Shown piece by piece: positions 39,651-49,802 of a stretch of DNA of 64,000 nucleotides (position 1 is the first letter of the stretch; every line of letters begins with the position of its first letter). The notes under the pieces were generated by a model that was not told the DNA's origin, did no database searches, and worked only from the letters and a program-made list of their open reading frames with translations. The DNA is from Akkermansiaceae bacterium (GTDB taxonomy: Bacteria; Verrucomicrobiota; Verrucomicrobiia; Verrucomicrobiales; Akkermansiaceae): the NCBI GenBank assembly GCA_051251915.1, contig JBPOGF010000004.1:43188-107187 (forward strand), read 5' to 3'. The position numbers and the translations under genes are program-made.

Positions 39651-40310
39651 ATGGCATTTGAATTACCAGAACTAGGATACGCATATGACGCGCTCGAGCC
39701 ACATATCGATGCACGTACTATGGAAATACACCACAGCAAGCACCATAACGCTTATGTGACAAACGTGAACAACGCGATTGCAGGCAATGCTGAGCTAGAG
39801 GGCATGAAGGTATGTGAACTCGTGATGAACTTGGACAAAGTTCCTGCAGACATCCGTGGAGCAGTGAGAAACAACGGTGGTGGACACTTCAACCACAGCA
39901 TGTTCTGGGACTGCATTAAGCCAGGCGGAGCAAATGCACCAAGTGGTGATCTTGCAGCGGCTATTGATGAGGCATTTGGTTCATTTGATGGATTCAAGGA
40001 AGCCTTTTCTAAGGCAGCGGCTACACGTTTCGGCTCAGGATGGGCATGGCTCTGTGCTAAGGGTGGCAAGGTGAGCGTCTGCTCAACACCAAACCAGGAC
40101 AACCCACTTATGCCTGAGTCAGGCTGTGAAGGTTGTGCTCCAATCCTAGGACTTGATGTCTGGGAGCACGCTTATTATCTGAACTACCAGAACCGTCGTC
40201 CTGACTATATTACTGCATTTTTCAATGTGGTGAACTGGGACGTAGTGGCTGAGTGGTATGAGCAGTTCGGAACTTGCGATAGCGATTCTGACGGCAAGTG
40301 CTGCGGCTAA
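39651..40310 (+). CDS. sodA: Superoxide dismutase, Mn-type signature
   Basis: [45 protein letters not shown]. Start placed at ATG 39651. Confidence 0.93.
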   Translation: MAFELPELGYAYDALEPHIDARTMEIHHSKHHNAYVTNVNNAIAGNAELEGMKVCELVMNLDKVPADIRGAVRNNGGGHFNHSMFWDCIKPGGANAPSGDLAAAIDEAFGSFDGFKEAFSKAAATRFGSGWAWLCAKGGKVSVCSTPNQDNPLMPESGCEGCAPILGLDVWEHAYYLNYQNRRPDYITAFFNVVNWDVVAEWYEQFGTCDSDSDGKCCG

Positions 40311-40332
40311 TCTGAGGTAAGTATTTTTTTAC

Positions 40333-40376
40333 AAGCCCTCGACTGATGAGTGAATCATTGGTTGGGGGCTTTTTTT
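40333..40376 (+). terminator. Intrinsic terminator after sodA
   Basis: AAGCCCTCGACTGATGA / TCATTGGTTGGGGGCTT long stem with G-U pairs, followed by a T-run. Confidence 0.8.
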
Positions 40377-40407
40377 GTTGTCAGGAGTGGGAGTGTCGGT
40401 AATTTAG

Positions 40408-42087
40408 GTGATGTTCTATCATAAACTCACTCAATGTATCACGGTATTAGGAATTTCCTTTGGGCTTACTATTGTTTCTTCTGCTGAAACTTATGAGGCG
40501 GATATTATTATTTATGGTGGGACTTCTGCGGCGGTGATGTCTGGGGTGCAGGCTAAGAGGTCTGGGAAGTCGGTTATTATTGTGAGTCCTGATAAGCATT
40601 TGGGGGGGCTGACTTCTGGTGGGCTGGGGTGGACGGATAATGGGCATGCGAAGGGGATAGGTGGGATAGCTAGGGAGTTTTATATTGATATTAAGAGGCA
40701 TTATGAAGATCCGTCAGCTTGGAGGCAGCAGACGCATGCTGAGTATAAGGCGACTCCTAAGAGTCAGTCGCGGAATAGGCCTACTGATGAGGCGATGTGG
40801 GTGTTTGAGCCGCATGTGGCGGAGGGGTTGATGGATCGGTATATTGCGGATCATGGGGTCGAGGTGCATCGTGAGGCGTATTTAGACAGAGGGAAGGGGG
40901 TGGTGAAGGATGGGACTAAGGTTGTTTCTATTACTACGTTGGATGGGGATGTGTTTAGGGGTAAGGTTTTCATTGATGGGACTTATGAGGGGGATTTGAT
41001 GGCGGCAGCTGGGGTTGAATTTCATGTGGGGAGAGAGAGTAGTGAGGTGTATGATGAGAGTGTGGGGGGAGTGCAGAAGGATAGGCGTGATCACGGGCAT
41101 TATTTTTCATTTACTGGGAAGAAGATAGATCCGTATGTGGTGGAGGGGGATCCTTCGTCTGGGTTGCTTCCGAGGATTTCTGCTGAGGCTCCCGGGGAGA
41201 ATGGGGATGGGGATGATAAGATTCAGGCGTATTGTTTTAGGGCTTGTTTGACTGATGCGCCGGAGAACAGGGTGCCATTTCCTAAGCCTGATGGGTATGA
41301 TGCGGATGAGTATTTGCTGATGTTGAGGGTGCTGGATATTGGTTGGCGTGAGGTGTTTCATAAGTTTGATCCGATGCCGAATAGGAAGACGGATCAGAAT
41401 AATCATGGGCCGTTTAGTATGGATAATATTGGTTATAATTATGATTATCCGGAGGCTAGTTATGAGCGGAGGAGGGAGATCATTAAGGAGCATGAGACTT
41501 ATCAGAAGGGTTTGATGTATTTCATGGCGAATGATCCGCGGGTTCCAGCTGATGTGCGTGAGCCGATGTCTAAGTGGGGGCTGGCTAAGGATGAATTTGT
41601 GGATAATGGGAACTGGTCACATCAGCTGTATATCCGAGAGGCGCGTAGGATGGTGGGTGAGTATGTGATGACTCAGCATGATGTGGAGGGGAAGACTGAT
41701 GTGAAGGATTCAATAGGGCTGGGGGTGTATACGATGGACTCGCATAATGCGCAGCGGTATGTGACTGCTGATGGAGGTGTGGAGAACGAGGGTAATGTGG
41801 GGAAACGTATTAAGAGTCCTTATCCGATTGCTATGGGGGTGGTGTTGCCGAAGCGGGCGGAGGCTAGTAATTTATTGGTTCCGGCTGCGGCTTCTGCGAG
41901 CCATATTGCTTATGGGTCATTGCGGATGGAGCCTACGTTTATGACGCTGGGGCAGTCGTCTGCGTTGATTGCATCGATTGCTATCGATAAGGGGGTGGCG
42001 GTTCAGGATGTGGCTTATGAGAAGGATTTGAAGCCTTTGTTGCTAGAGGTGAAGCAGCGGATTGCTAATAAGCCTAAGGTGAAGTAG
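40408..42087 (+). CDS. Exported FAD-dependent oxidoreductase
   Basis: Signal peptide, IIIYGGTSAAV dinucleotide-binding strand, LGGLTSGGLG, FIDGTYEGDLMA, SASHIAYGSLRMEP. Confidence 0.85.
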   Translation: MMFYHKLTQCITVLGISFGLTIVSSAETYEADIIIYGGTSAAVMSGVQAKRSGKSVIIVSPDKHLGGLTSGGLGWTDNGHAKGIGGIAREFYIDIKRHYEDPSAWRQQTHAEYKATPKSQSRNRPTDEAMWVFEPHVAEGLMDRYIADHGVEVHREAYLDRGKGVVKDGTKVVSITTLDGDVFRGKVFIDGTYEGDLMAAAGVEFHVGRESSEVYDESVGGVQKDRRDHGHYFSFTGKKIDPYVVEGDPSSGLLPRISAEAPGENGDGDDKIQAYCFRACLTDAPENRVPFPKPDGYDADEYLLMLRVLDIGWREVFHKFDPMPNRKTDQNNHGPFSMDNIGYNYDYPEASYERRREIIKEHETYQKGLMYFMANDPRVPADVREPMSKWGLAKDEFVDNGNWSHQLYIREARRMVGEYVMTQHDVEGKTDVKDSIGLGVYTMDSHNAQRYVTADGGVENEGNVGKRIKSPYPIAMGVVLPKRAEASNLLVPAAASASHIAYGSLRMEPTFMTLGQSSALIASIAIDKGVAVQDVAYEKDLKPLLLEVKQRIANKPKVK

Positions 42088-42092
42088 GGGAG

Positions 42093-42177
42093 TTTGAATT
42101 TTGAATGTAGAAGTGTGAAGTTTGCTTGGGTTGATGCCTGCGGCGCTTAACCACGAATAGCACGAATTTTCACGAAT
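42093..42177 (+). repeat. Heptamer repeat plus CACGAAT triplet element
   Basis: tttgaat tttgaat gtagaag tgtgaag (42093-42120); CACGAAT at 42152, 42161 and 42171. Confidence 0.7.
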
Positions 42178-42269
42178 GATGGAGGAGGGAGAGCGGGGTT
42201 GATGGGTTTCTTGAACCGCTGGAAGGTGCTAAATATAAGATCCTTGTTGCGTGAAATCTGTATTGGGTT

Positions 42270-42767
42270 TTATGACGGCCAGATGAGGGAGGCGGCCCAC
42301 CAGGCGATGAGGCCGATGAGTGTGAAGACGGTTACTGCAACTACTGCAAGAATGATGACTGGGGCCCAGCCGCTGCGTTCGGCTTCCTCGCCAACGGTGT
42401 CGTTTAGGTGGGCGCGTAGTAGTGTGTGGTTGCGGTGATTTGACTTATACCAGAAGGAGAAAATGTCTCCTATGAATGGGAGGGCACCGACGAGGGAATT
42501 TAGCATCCAGTTAGCAATCATGCGGAGATAGACGCTGAGGGGGATGTGTTTTTTGGCGCCGATGGCTAGTAGTGAGAGTCCTGCTGTGGATGTGGCGAAG
42601 TCACCGACTCCGGGGATGAGGCCGATGATAGGATCTAGTCCGATTCGTTTTTTGGTGCCAGGGATTTTGATTAAATCATCGAGGATGAAGGCGATCCATT
42701 TTGCGAATGTGTTTTCTTCCTTGGTGGTGGGCGACTCTTTTTGCTGTTTTTCGGGTGGAGTTTTCAT
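42270..42767 (-). CDS. DUF4112 family protein
   Basis: LDD..KIPGT..RIGLDPIIGLIPGVGD, VGALPFIGD.F..WYKSN.RN. Confidence 0.9.
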   Translation of the reverse strand: MKTPPEKQQKESPTTKEENTFAKWIAFILDDLIKIPGTKKRIGLDPIIGLIPGVGDFATSTAGLSLLAIGAKKHIPLSVYLRMIANWMLNSLVGALPFIGDIFSFWYKSNHRNHTLLRAHLNDTVGEEAERSGWAPVIILAVVAVTVFTLIGLIAWWAASLIWPS

Positions 42768-42811
42768 GGGTAGAAGGGTTGAGATTTATCAGATTTTTAC
42801 AGGCATTGGGG

Positions 42812-44833
42812 TTATTTTTTGTTGCTTGGGATTTCTAGATTTTGGAAGGCATCTCTGACGAGTTTTTTTGGTAGGTTGTGTTCATCATAGATGCCCATGC
42901 GTGAGTATCCATTTTTATTTTTGCTGCCGGTGTATGGCTTGCGTGAGCGGTAGTCTTTTAGGAGCCAGTAGGTGTAGCCGGAGAAGTGAGGGGTGTGCTT
43001 GGTAAGAACTTCCCATTGGCGTTTGAGGAGGTCTGCTTGCCAGTTTTCGTTGCTTTTTTTGGTGATGGGGCCTCTGCTGCCGCGCTTGGACCAGGCGCCG
43101 TTTTCCATGATGATGATGGGCTTGTTAGGGTTTGCGGTGATGACTTTCTTCATGTCGGGGTCTAGGAGATCGAATGGGTCCATGGCGCCGCGGTATTCGT
43201 TGAAGCCGACTGCGTCTGCGTGCTCGAAGTGGGGTTGGCCTTTGTGGGGGTGCCATGCGGACCAGGTGATGGGGCGTTTTTGGTAGTCGATTTCTCTGAC
43301 GAGTTCACGGGTCATTTTGAGGAAGCCGTCGTATTCTTCACAGAACTGGTGGCATTCGTTGTTGAGGCCCCAGAGGACGACTGAGGGGTGATTTAGCATG
43401 TCCCAGACGGCGCAGCGAGCCATGGTTTGGTAGATGGAGTGTGGGTCTTGGGTTTGTGCGAGCATGGATTTTTCTTTGTACCAGAAGCCTCCCCATTCGC
43501 CGCAAACGAGGATGCCTTGTTCGTTTGCTAGTTTGTAGGAGTATGGGTCACGCTGGGTGACGTGGAGGCGGGCGAAGTTTGAGTTGGAGTCGTGGAGGAG
43601 TTTGTAGTGGTCGCGGTGGTCTTGTGGTGTGATGGCGCCGCCACGTTCTGGGTGTTCGTCGTAGATGGATGCTCCTTTGAGGAAGATGGATTTGTTGTTG
43701 AGCTTGAATGTGGGGCCATCGGTTACGAATGTGCGGACGCCGAATTGGGTGGCGTGGTTATCGATGGTTTTACCTGTTTTGTCCTGTAGTTGGAAGCTGG
43801 CGGTGTAGAGTTGTGGTGATGTGGGTGACCATGGTTTTGCTTTAGCGGTGCCGCCTTTGATGAGCATGTGCTTGGCGATGGTTTGGTGGGGGGCGATGGT
43901 GAAGTAGGGTGTTTGTGTGGTGGTTTGGGGGTCGATGGTGGAGGACATGGAGCTGCGTAGCTGGAGGGGTGTGTCTCCGTGGTTTGAGATGATGACTACT
44001 GCGTTTAGGCCTTCTGTGGTGGGGTTGATAAGTGATTTACGGATGGTGACTGGGGCTTCTTCTATGAGGTAGACGTCACGGAGGATACCTGCGTATGGCC
44101 AGCAGTCTGGGGCTTTTGGGTGGAGGGTGTGGGTGTAGTCTAGTTCTTGCCATCCTTTGTCGCCTTTTCCTTCTGGGTGTTTGATGTAGTTTGGTAGGCG
44201 GAGGACTTTAAGTGCTAGGGTGTTTGTTCCGGTTTTGATGTGTTCTGAGGCGTCAATGGAGAATGGTGCGCCGCCGCCTTCGTGTTGGGCTATTTCATGG
44301 CCGTTGAGGAATACGCGAGCGCGTTGTTGGACGCCGAGGAAGACGATTCTTTGGCGTGAGTTGTTGCCTTGTTTGGGTTGGTATTGGAATGTTTTTTGAT
44401 ACCAAGATGCGCCGTTGTAGTGTGGTGGGTTGTCTGGGGTCTGGTCATTCCAGTCCCAATATTTACCGCCTGGCATGGCGTCCCAACAGTGTGGGACGGT
44501 GACGTTTAGCCAGTCTTTTGTGGTGGTGGGTTGGTGCCATTTTTGTGTGGTTCCGACGCTGTTGGGGTCGAAGCGGAATTTCCATGTGCCGGCGTTTTTG
44601 CCGCTTAGTTTGGTGATGTTGCGGGTGTGGTTGGTGGTGAGGTTGTCGAAGTCGGGTCTGACTTGGTTGTAGTGGAATACTACTGGGACGCCGTCTACTT
44701 TCTTGGTTTCGACTTTCATGGCGTGGGCGAATTCTGGGTGGTCGCCGAGGTCTGGGTCGGTGGTTTGGGCGGTGGTGATGAGGGGTGCTGTGAGGTAGGT
44801 GATGGCGGCGATGAAAGGAATGTGGATTTTCAT
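42812..44833 (-). CDS. Glycoside hydrolase family 2 (beta-galactosidase/glucuronidase-like), exported
   Basis: Signal peptide, W..VTVPHCW, VFLNGH.I..HEGG, FGVRT, LNNKSIFLKG...DEHP, WGLNNEC (acid/base), IMENG (nucleophile). Confidence 0.88.
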   Translation of the reverse strand: MKIHIPFIAAITYLTAPLITTAQTTDPDLGDHPEFAHAMKVETKKVDGVPVVFHYNQVRPDFDNLTTNHTRNITKLSGKNAGTWKFRFDPNSVGTTQKWHQPTTTKDWLNVTVPHCWDAMPGGKYWDWNDQTPDNPPHYNGASWYQKTFQYQPKQGNNSRQRIVFLGVQQRARVFLNGHEIAQHEGGGAPFSIDASEHIKTGTNTLALKVLRLPNYIKHPEGKGDKGWQELDYTHTLHPKAPDCWPYAGILRDVYLIEEAPVTIRKSLINPTTEGLNAVVIISNHGDTPLQLRSSMSSTIDPQTTTQTPYFTIAPHQTIAKHMLIKGGTAKAKPWSPTSPQLYTASFQLQDKTGKTIDNHATQFGVRTFVTDGPTFKLNNKSIFLKGASIYDEHPERGGAITPQDHRDHYKLLHDSNSNFARLHVTQRDPYSYKLANEQGILVCGEWGGFWYKEKSMLAQTQDPHSIYQTMARCAVWDMLNHPSVVLWGLNNECHQFCEEYDGFLKMTRELVREIDYQKRPITWSAWHPHKGQPHFEHADAVGFNEYRGAMDPFDLLDPDMKKVITANPNKPIIIMENGAWSKRGSRGPITKKSNENWQADLLKRQWEVLTKHTPHFSGYTYWLLKDYRSRKPYTGSKNKNGYSRMGIYDEHNLPKKLVRDAFQNLEIPSNKK

Positions 44834-44963
44834 AGGTATGTAATAGAGGTATAAATTAGACCCATCTTTGAAAGAACGCGAGATGGAGTTTCGTTACTAA
44901 TGCTTCCAATATACGGCGATGGGTGTCACTTTTAGTCATCGAATCCAATCAAATTACTTTGTT

Positions 44964-46304
44964 ATGAAATTATTATTACTTCTTCTTCTCTCTGCTACGC
45001 TTCATGCGGCACCTAAAAAGCCTAACGTGGTGATCCTGTATGCTGATGACTGGAGGTTTGATACGTTGGGGGCTGCTGGGCATCCTATTTTAAAGACTCC
45101 TAATTTGGATGCATTGGCGGATGATGGTGTGCGGTTTACGCATGGGAATGTGACGACTGCGATCTGTGGTGTGAGTAGGGCTTCTTTCTTTACTGGGCAG
45201 TGGATGTCACGTCATGGGAATAAGGGGTTTCGTGCGTTTAAGACTCCCTGGGAGGAGACGTTTCCTGGGTTGTTGAGAGCGAATGGTTATCATACTGGGC
45301 ATGTGGGGAAGTGGCATAATGGGGGATTTCCTAAGAAGAATTTTGATTTTGGGACCTCTTATTCAGGGAATCACTGGATCAAGGAGGAGGATGGGACGAT
45401 GATCCATGTGACGCAGAAGAATGAGAATGATGCGATGGAGTTTCTTAAGACTCGTCCGATGGATAAGCCGTTCGTGCTGACGTTGGCGTTTTTTGCGACG
45501 CATGCGGTGGATCATGATCCGAAGCAGTTTTTACCGCAGCCTGAGAGTATGAAGTTGTTTACTGATGTGGATATTCCGATTCCTAAGACTGCGACTGAGG
45601 AGGCATTTAGGAAGCTTCCGGAGTTTGTGGCGACTGAGAAGAATGAGGGGCGGAAGCGTTGGCATTGGAGGTTTGATACTCCTGAGAAGTATCAGACGAT
45701 GATGAAAAATTATTATCGTTTAGCTCATGAGGTGGATAGCACTTGTGGGAAGGTGATAGCGGAGCTCAAGAGGCAGGGGGTGTATGATGATACGCTGATT
45801 ATATTTACTGGTGATAATGGGTATTACCATGGTGAGCATGGGTTGGCGGATAAGTGGTATCCGCATCAGGAGAGTATCCGTGTGCCGCTTATTGTGCGTG
45901 ATCCGCGTATGCCTGAGGGCGTGAGGAGTAAGACTGATGACCGCTTTGCTCTGAATGTGGATTTGGCACCGACTATTTTGGCTGCTGCTGGGATAGAGGC
46001 TCCTGAGACGATGCAGGGGCGGGATTTAGCGCCGTTGTATTCTGGTGAGAAGGTGAAGGACTGGCGGACTGATTATTTTTATGAGCATGCGATTATCAGC
46101 AATAAGGAGAGGATTCCGGCTTCTGAGGCGTTGGTGACTAAGGAGTGGAAGTATTTCTACTGGCCGGATTTTGGTAGGGAGCAGCTGTTCCATATTGCTG
46201 AGGATCCATTTGAGGAGAATGATGTGGTGGATGTGAAGGCGAATAGGGCGAGGCTGGAAGCAATGCGCGTCCGATTCAACGAATTGAAAGCGGACGCGCG
46301 GTAG
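44964..46304 (+). CDS. Formylglycine-dependent sulfatase (S1), exported
   Basis: [44 protein letters not shown]. Start placed at ATG 44964. Confidence 0.92.
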   Translation: MKLLLLLLLSATLHAAPKKPNVVILYADDWRFDTLGAAGHPILKTPNLDALADDGVRFTHGNVTTAICGVSRASFFTGQWMSRHGNKGFRAFKTPWEETFPGLLRANGYHTGHVGKWHNGGFPKKNFDFGTSYSGNHWIKEEDGTMIHVTQKNENDAMEFLKTRPMDKPFVLTLAFFATHAVDHDPKQFLPQPESMKLFTDVDIPIPKTATEEAFRKLPEFVATEKNEGRKRWHWRFDTPEKYQTMMKNYYRLAHEVDSTCGKVIAELKRQGVYDDTLIIFTGDNGYYHGEHGLADKWYPHQESIRVPLIVRDPRMPEGVRSKTDDRFALNVDLAPTILAAAGIEAPETMQGRDLAPLYSGEKVKDWRTDYFYEHAIISNKERIPASEALVTKEWKYFYWPDFGREQLFHIAEDPFEENDVVDVKANRARLEAMRVRFNELKADAR

Positions 46305-46348
46305 TGCTTTGTTTGAGTAACTGGTAGTTTAGTTACTGTTGGTTGATT

Positions 46349-47527
46349 TTATTTCAACAATTCTGAAGTCGGCGGGAATGTGTTCTGGTCGACTTTTTTG
46401 ATGGCGTTGCTGACTAGTTTTCCGTAGTAGGCTGAGGTGCGAGGGTCAGTGATTTTTTCTTGTGCTTCTGCGGCGGCGGCAAGATCTGTTTTGGCGAGGT
46501 CTGTGTTACCAGCCATGAAGTTGAGGCGTGCTTTGGTGACGTGGTGGAATGTAGTGGCCAAGGGGGTGGCATCTGCTGGGAGGTCTGGTGCTCCCGCGAG
46601 GACGATGTCTGCGTAAGTCTTGGCAGCCGCAGCTGTCTCAGGAGTGATGGGGGTGTCACGGATGATGGTGGAGTTCAGCATGGACATTCTTACCGAAGAG
46701 CCGAAGCGTTTGTTGGTGATGTCATTTCTGAGGGCTAGGAGGTCTTCCCAGTTGCTTGATTTTGCAGCTGCACGGGCGAGTAGTCCATATTTCATGGAGT
46801 TTGTGTCTTCTAGTCCGAGGGCTACTTCCTTGAGTGCTTCCCAGTCGCCAGCTTTATTGAGCGCGACGATTTTTTCACTGAAGTCGCGTCTTTCTTTTTC
46901 CTTGGCGGCTTGTTCTTTACCGTAAGTTTCTGCATCAAAGCTTCCGTCGATGATACCAGCTACTCGTTCAGTGGTGAGTTGGCTAGGGTGGATGCTGAGG
47001 ATGAGTTTACCGTCTTTGATGACTAGTGCGCGGGGGATGCCAGTTACTTTGGCAGGTTTGAGGACGGTGTCGGCGAAGGCGGCTTTGCGGCCACCTGAGT
47101 ATGCGACACGGTAGGACATGCCATCGCCCATTTTCTTGACGAAGTTTTGAGATTTTTCGATGCCGTCTTCGAAGACGTTCATGCCGATGATGACTAGTCC
47201 TTTGTCAGCAAATTCTTTGTGAAGTTCGTTTACGTGAGGGATGACTCTGATGCAGGGTCCGCACCATGTGGCCCAGCATTCTATGATGTAAACTTTGCCA
47301 GCTTCATCTAGTGAAGTTACGGGGTCTCCTTGAATCCAGGTGATTCCTTCTAGAGCATTTTTCGGGAATGCGTCGCCTACAGATAGTGCGGGAGTGGGGA
47401 TTGCAGCTGGTGTAGGAGCTTCTTTTACTTCTTGAGCTTGGGCAGTGTGAGTGGTGAGGCTGGTGAAACCTAAACCTAATCCTAGAGTGAGGATCATTCC
47501 GGCAGTTTGCTTATTGTATTTTTTCAT
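46349..47527 (-). CDS. TlpA-family thioredoxin-like disulfide oxidoreductase, exported
   Basis: Signal peptide, IECWATWCGPC, GIPRALVI; helical C-terminal extension. Confidence 0.88.
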   Translation of the reverse strand: MKKYNKQTAGMILTLGLGLGFTSLTTHTAQAQEVKEAPTPAAIPTPALSVGDAFPKNALEGITWIQGDPVTSLDEAGKVYIIECWATWCGPCIRVIPHVNELHKEFADKGLVIIGMNVFEDGIEKSQNFVKKMGDGMSYRVAYSGGRKAAFADTVLKPAKVTGIPRALVIKDGKLILSIHPSQLTTERVAGIIDGSFDAETYGKEQAAKEKERRDFSEKIVALNKAGDWEALKEVALGLEDTNSMKYGLLARAAAKSSNWEDLLALRNDITNKRFGSSVRMSMLNSTIIRDTPITPETAAAAKTYADIVLAGAPDLPADATPLATTFHHVTKARLNFMAGNTDLAKTDLAAAAEAQEKITDPRTSAYYGKLVSNAIKKVDQNTFPPTSELLK

Positions 47528-47782
47528 ATTATTTATGTTACCCTTAAAGTGGGTGTCGATTAGGTTTTATTTTATGGCAAAGAAGATGGTAATATTCCTC
47601 CACTATACGGTTATAAAAAACCACATAGGTGGCTAGGAGGCAAGCGCTGATTTCAGGTGTTAGGTAAAAGATTCTAAGGAGTGCGGGGGAGGGGATCTGC
47701 TAGGTAAACAGTTGTTTGGGAGCGAAGTGGGGGGAGTGGTTAAAGGCTTGGCAACCCACTTTTGGTTTGTTACTTGTCGCGC

Positions 47783-48856
47783 ATGCGAATTGGGATTTTA
47801 AATAGTGGGGGAGATTGTCCGGGCTTGAATGCTGTGATCCACGGTGTAGTGGGAGCGGCTAGTAAGTTGGGCTGGGAGGTGATAGGATTTCGCGATGGCT
47901 TTGAGGGGTTGCTTCCTCCGGGGGATTATCAGGTGCTTGATCCAGAGGATACGGTAGGGATTTTGAAGTTAGGTGGGACGATTTTAGGAACCACGAATAA
48001 AGGACAATTTGCCGCCAGGATGGGCAAGGGGACTAAGGAAGAGATCTCTGAGAGAGTGATTGAAAAAGCGGGGAGAACGATGAAGCAGTTAGAAATCCGC
48101 GCGCTTATTGTTGTGGGTGGTGACGGTTCGCTTTCTACGGCTCTGCATCTTTACAAGGCAGGATTTCCTATTATTGGAGTTCCGAAGACGATTGATAATG
48201 ATTTGCAGGCTACGGCGATGACGTTCGGTTTTGATAGTGCGGTCTCATGTGTGGTGGATGCTATGGATCGACTGCATACTACGGCGGTGAGTCATAAGCG
48301 TGTGATGGTGGTGGAGGTGATGGGTAGGAATGCTGGTTGGATTGCACTTTGGGGCGGGATAGCAGGTGGAGCGAATGTTATTTTGCTGCCTGAAATAGAG
48401 TTCTCACTTGATAAGGTGGCTGATCATATTATGGAGCGGGAGGCTAAGGGGAATCATAGTTCGATGGTGATAGTGGCGGAGGGGGCGAGGACTCCAGAGG
48501 GGAAGTTAGTGACACAGGAGTATGATGAAGGAGGCTCTGTGAGGCTCGGGGGGATAGGAGATTTTGTAGCGAATGAGTTGGCTAAACGCACGGGGAAGGA
48601 TACACGCGCATGTACGCTGGGTCATCTGCAGCGGGGTGGTGAGCCGACTAGTTTGGATCGGATTTTGGGGGCTAGGTTTGGTGTGAAGGCTGTGAAGTTG
48701 GCCGAGGAGGGAAGATTTGGTAGGATGGTGAGTTATCAGTCGTATTTGGTGAGTTCAGCATCGATTGAGAAGGCTGTGCATAAGTTGAGGTTGGTAGATC
48801 CGGAGAGTGAGGTTGTGGAAGCAGCGAGAGCGATTGGTATTTGTTTGGGGGATTGA
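47783..48856 (+). CDS. pfkA: 6-phosphofructokinase (PfkA family)
   Basis: SGGDCPGLN, GGTILGT, GGDGS, PKTIDND, EVMGR, GHLQRGG. Start placed at ATG 47783. Confidence 0.93.
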   Translation: MRIGILNSGGDCPGLNAVIHGVVGAASKLGWEVIGFRDGFEGLLPPGDYQVLDPEDTVGILKLGGTILGTTNKGQFAARMGKGTKEEISERVIEKAGRTMKQLEIRALIVVGGDGSLSTALHLYKAGFPIIGVPKTIDNDLQATAMTFGFDSAVSCVVDAMDRLHTTAVSHKRVMVVEVMGRNAGWIALWGGIAGGANVILLPEIEFSLDKVADHIMEREAKGNHSSMVIVAEGARTPEGKLVTQEYDEGGSVRLGGIGDFVANELAKRTGKDTRACTLGHLQRGGEPTSLDRILGARFGVKAVKLAEEGRFGRMVSYQSYLVSSASIEKAVHKLRLVDPESEVVEAARAIGICLGD

Positions 48857-48870
48857 GCAACGAAGGTGCT

Positions 48871-48913
48871 GTCATTGGTCAATAGTCAATAGCAATGGAC
48901 AATGGGGACTGGA
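48871..48913 (+). repeat. STRR-like heptamer repeat
   Basis: gtcattg gtcaata gtcaata g caatgga caatggg; a related tract lies at 12388-12417. Confidence 0.7.
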
Positions 48914-48934
48914 TGATGAAACTTACGAAATAAA

Positions 48935-49678
48935 ATGAATATGGAAGATTTAGGACGATCAGGTTATGCATTGTTTGATTTGGATCAGACGATTGTGCCT
49001 TGGGATACGCAGTTGTTGTTTTGTAATTATGTTTTGAAGCGTGAGCCTTTGAGACGTTTGCATGTTTTGGGGTTGATTCCGTTTTTGCCTTTTACGAAGA
49101 TTTTAGGGGCAGGTGGGATGAAGCGGGTGTTTTTGAATTATCTGGCGCTTATGGATGCCGAGACTCTTGAGCAGTATGCGCGTGAGTTTGTGGATGAGAT
49201 GTTTCCAGAGGAGATGTATGGTGAGGTGTTAGAAATTGTTAGAGAGCAAAAGGAGGCGGGGAGGTTGACTATTTTGAATAGTGCTAGCCCTGAGGTGTGG
49301 GTGAAGTATTTGGGGGAGAAGATGGGGTTTGATTTTTGTTATGGGACTCAGGTGGAGATAGGTGAGAGGGTGAGGTTTTTTCCAGATATTATTGACGGCA
49401 ATAATAAGGGAGCGGTGAAGTTAGGGAGGATGAGACCGCATTTTCCGAAGGGATGGGAGGCTGGTGAGGTGCTTGCTGATAGTTATGGTTATTCAGATAG
49501 TCATGCGGATATTCCGATGCTGGATATTTGTGAACATAATACGATGGTTCATCCTACGGATAAGTTGTTGGCTTATGGGACGAAGCGGGGATGGGAAAAA
49601 CTTACCCCTAGCAGGCCAACGAAAGGTAAGTGGAGTTTTGCATGGGCTTGTTGTAGGCAGGCTGTTGGTTTGTATTAG
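48935..49678 (+). CDS. HAD-IB family hydrolase
   Basis: FDLDQT (DxD), SASP, NNKG..K, YSDSHADIPML. Confidence 0.88.
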   Translation: MNMEDLGRSGYALFDLDQTIVPWDTQLLFCNYVLKREPLRRLHVLGLIPFLPFTKILGAGGMKRVFLNYLALMDAETLEQYAREFVDEMFPEEMYGEVLEIVREQKEAGRLTILNSASPEVWVKYLGEKMGFDFCYGTQVEIGERVRFFPDIIDGNNKGAVKLGRMRPHFPKGWEAGEVLADSYGYSDSHADIPMLDICEHNTMVHPTDKLLAYGTKRGWEKLTPSRPTKGKWSFAWACCRQAVGLY

Positions 49679-49739
49679 CCTTTATTCTGATCGAGCAAGA
49701 CGTAGCACTAGTTTTTATTTAGGCTTTCTGCATGTGGGT

Positions 49740-49776
49740 AAAAAAAATCCCACGCAGCTGAATGGCTACGTGGGAT
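49740..49776 (-). terminator. Intrinsic terminator after the CxxCH protein
   Basis: ATCCCACG / CGTGGGAT stem with an 8-A run on the + strand. Confidence 0.8.
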
Positions 49777-49802
49777 GCGGTAATGTTTAGGTTCTGTTTA
49801 TC

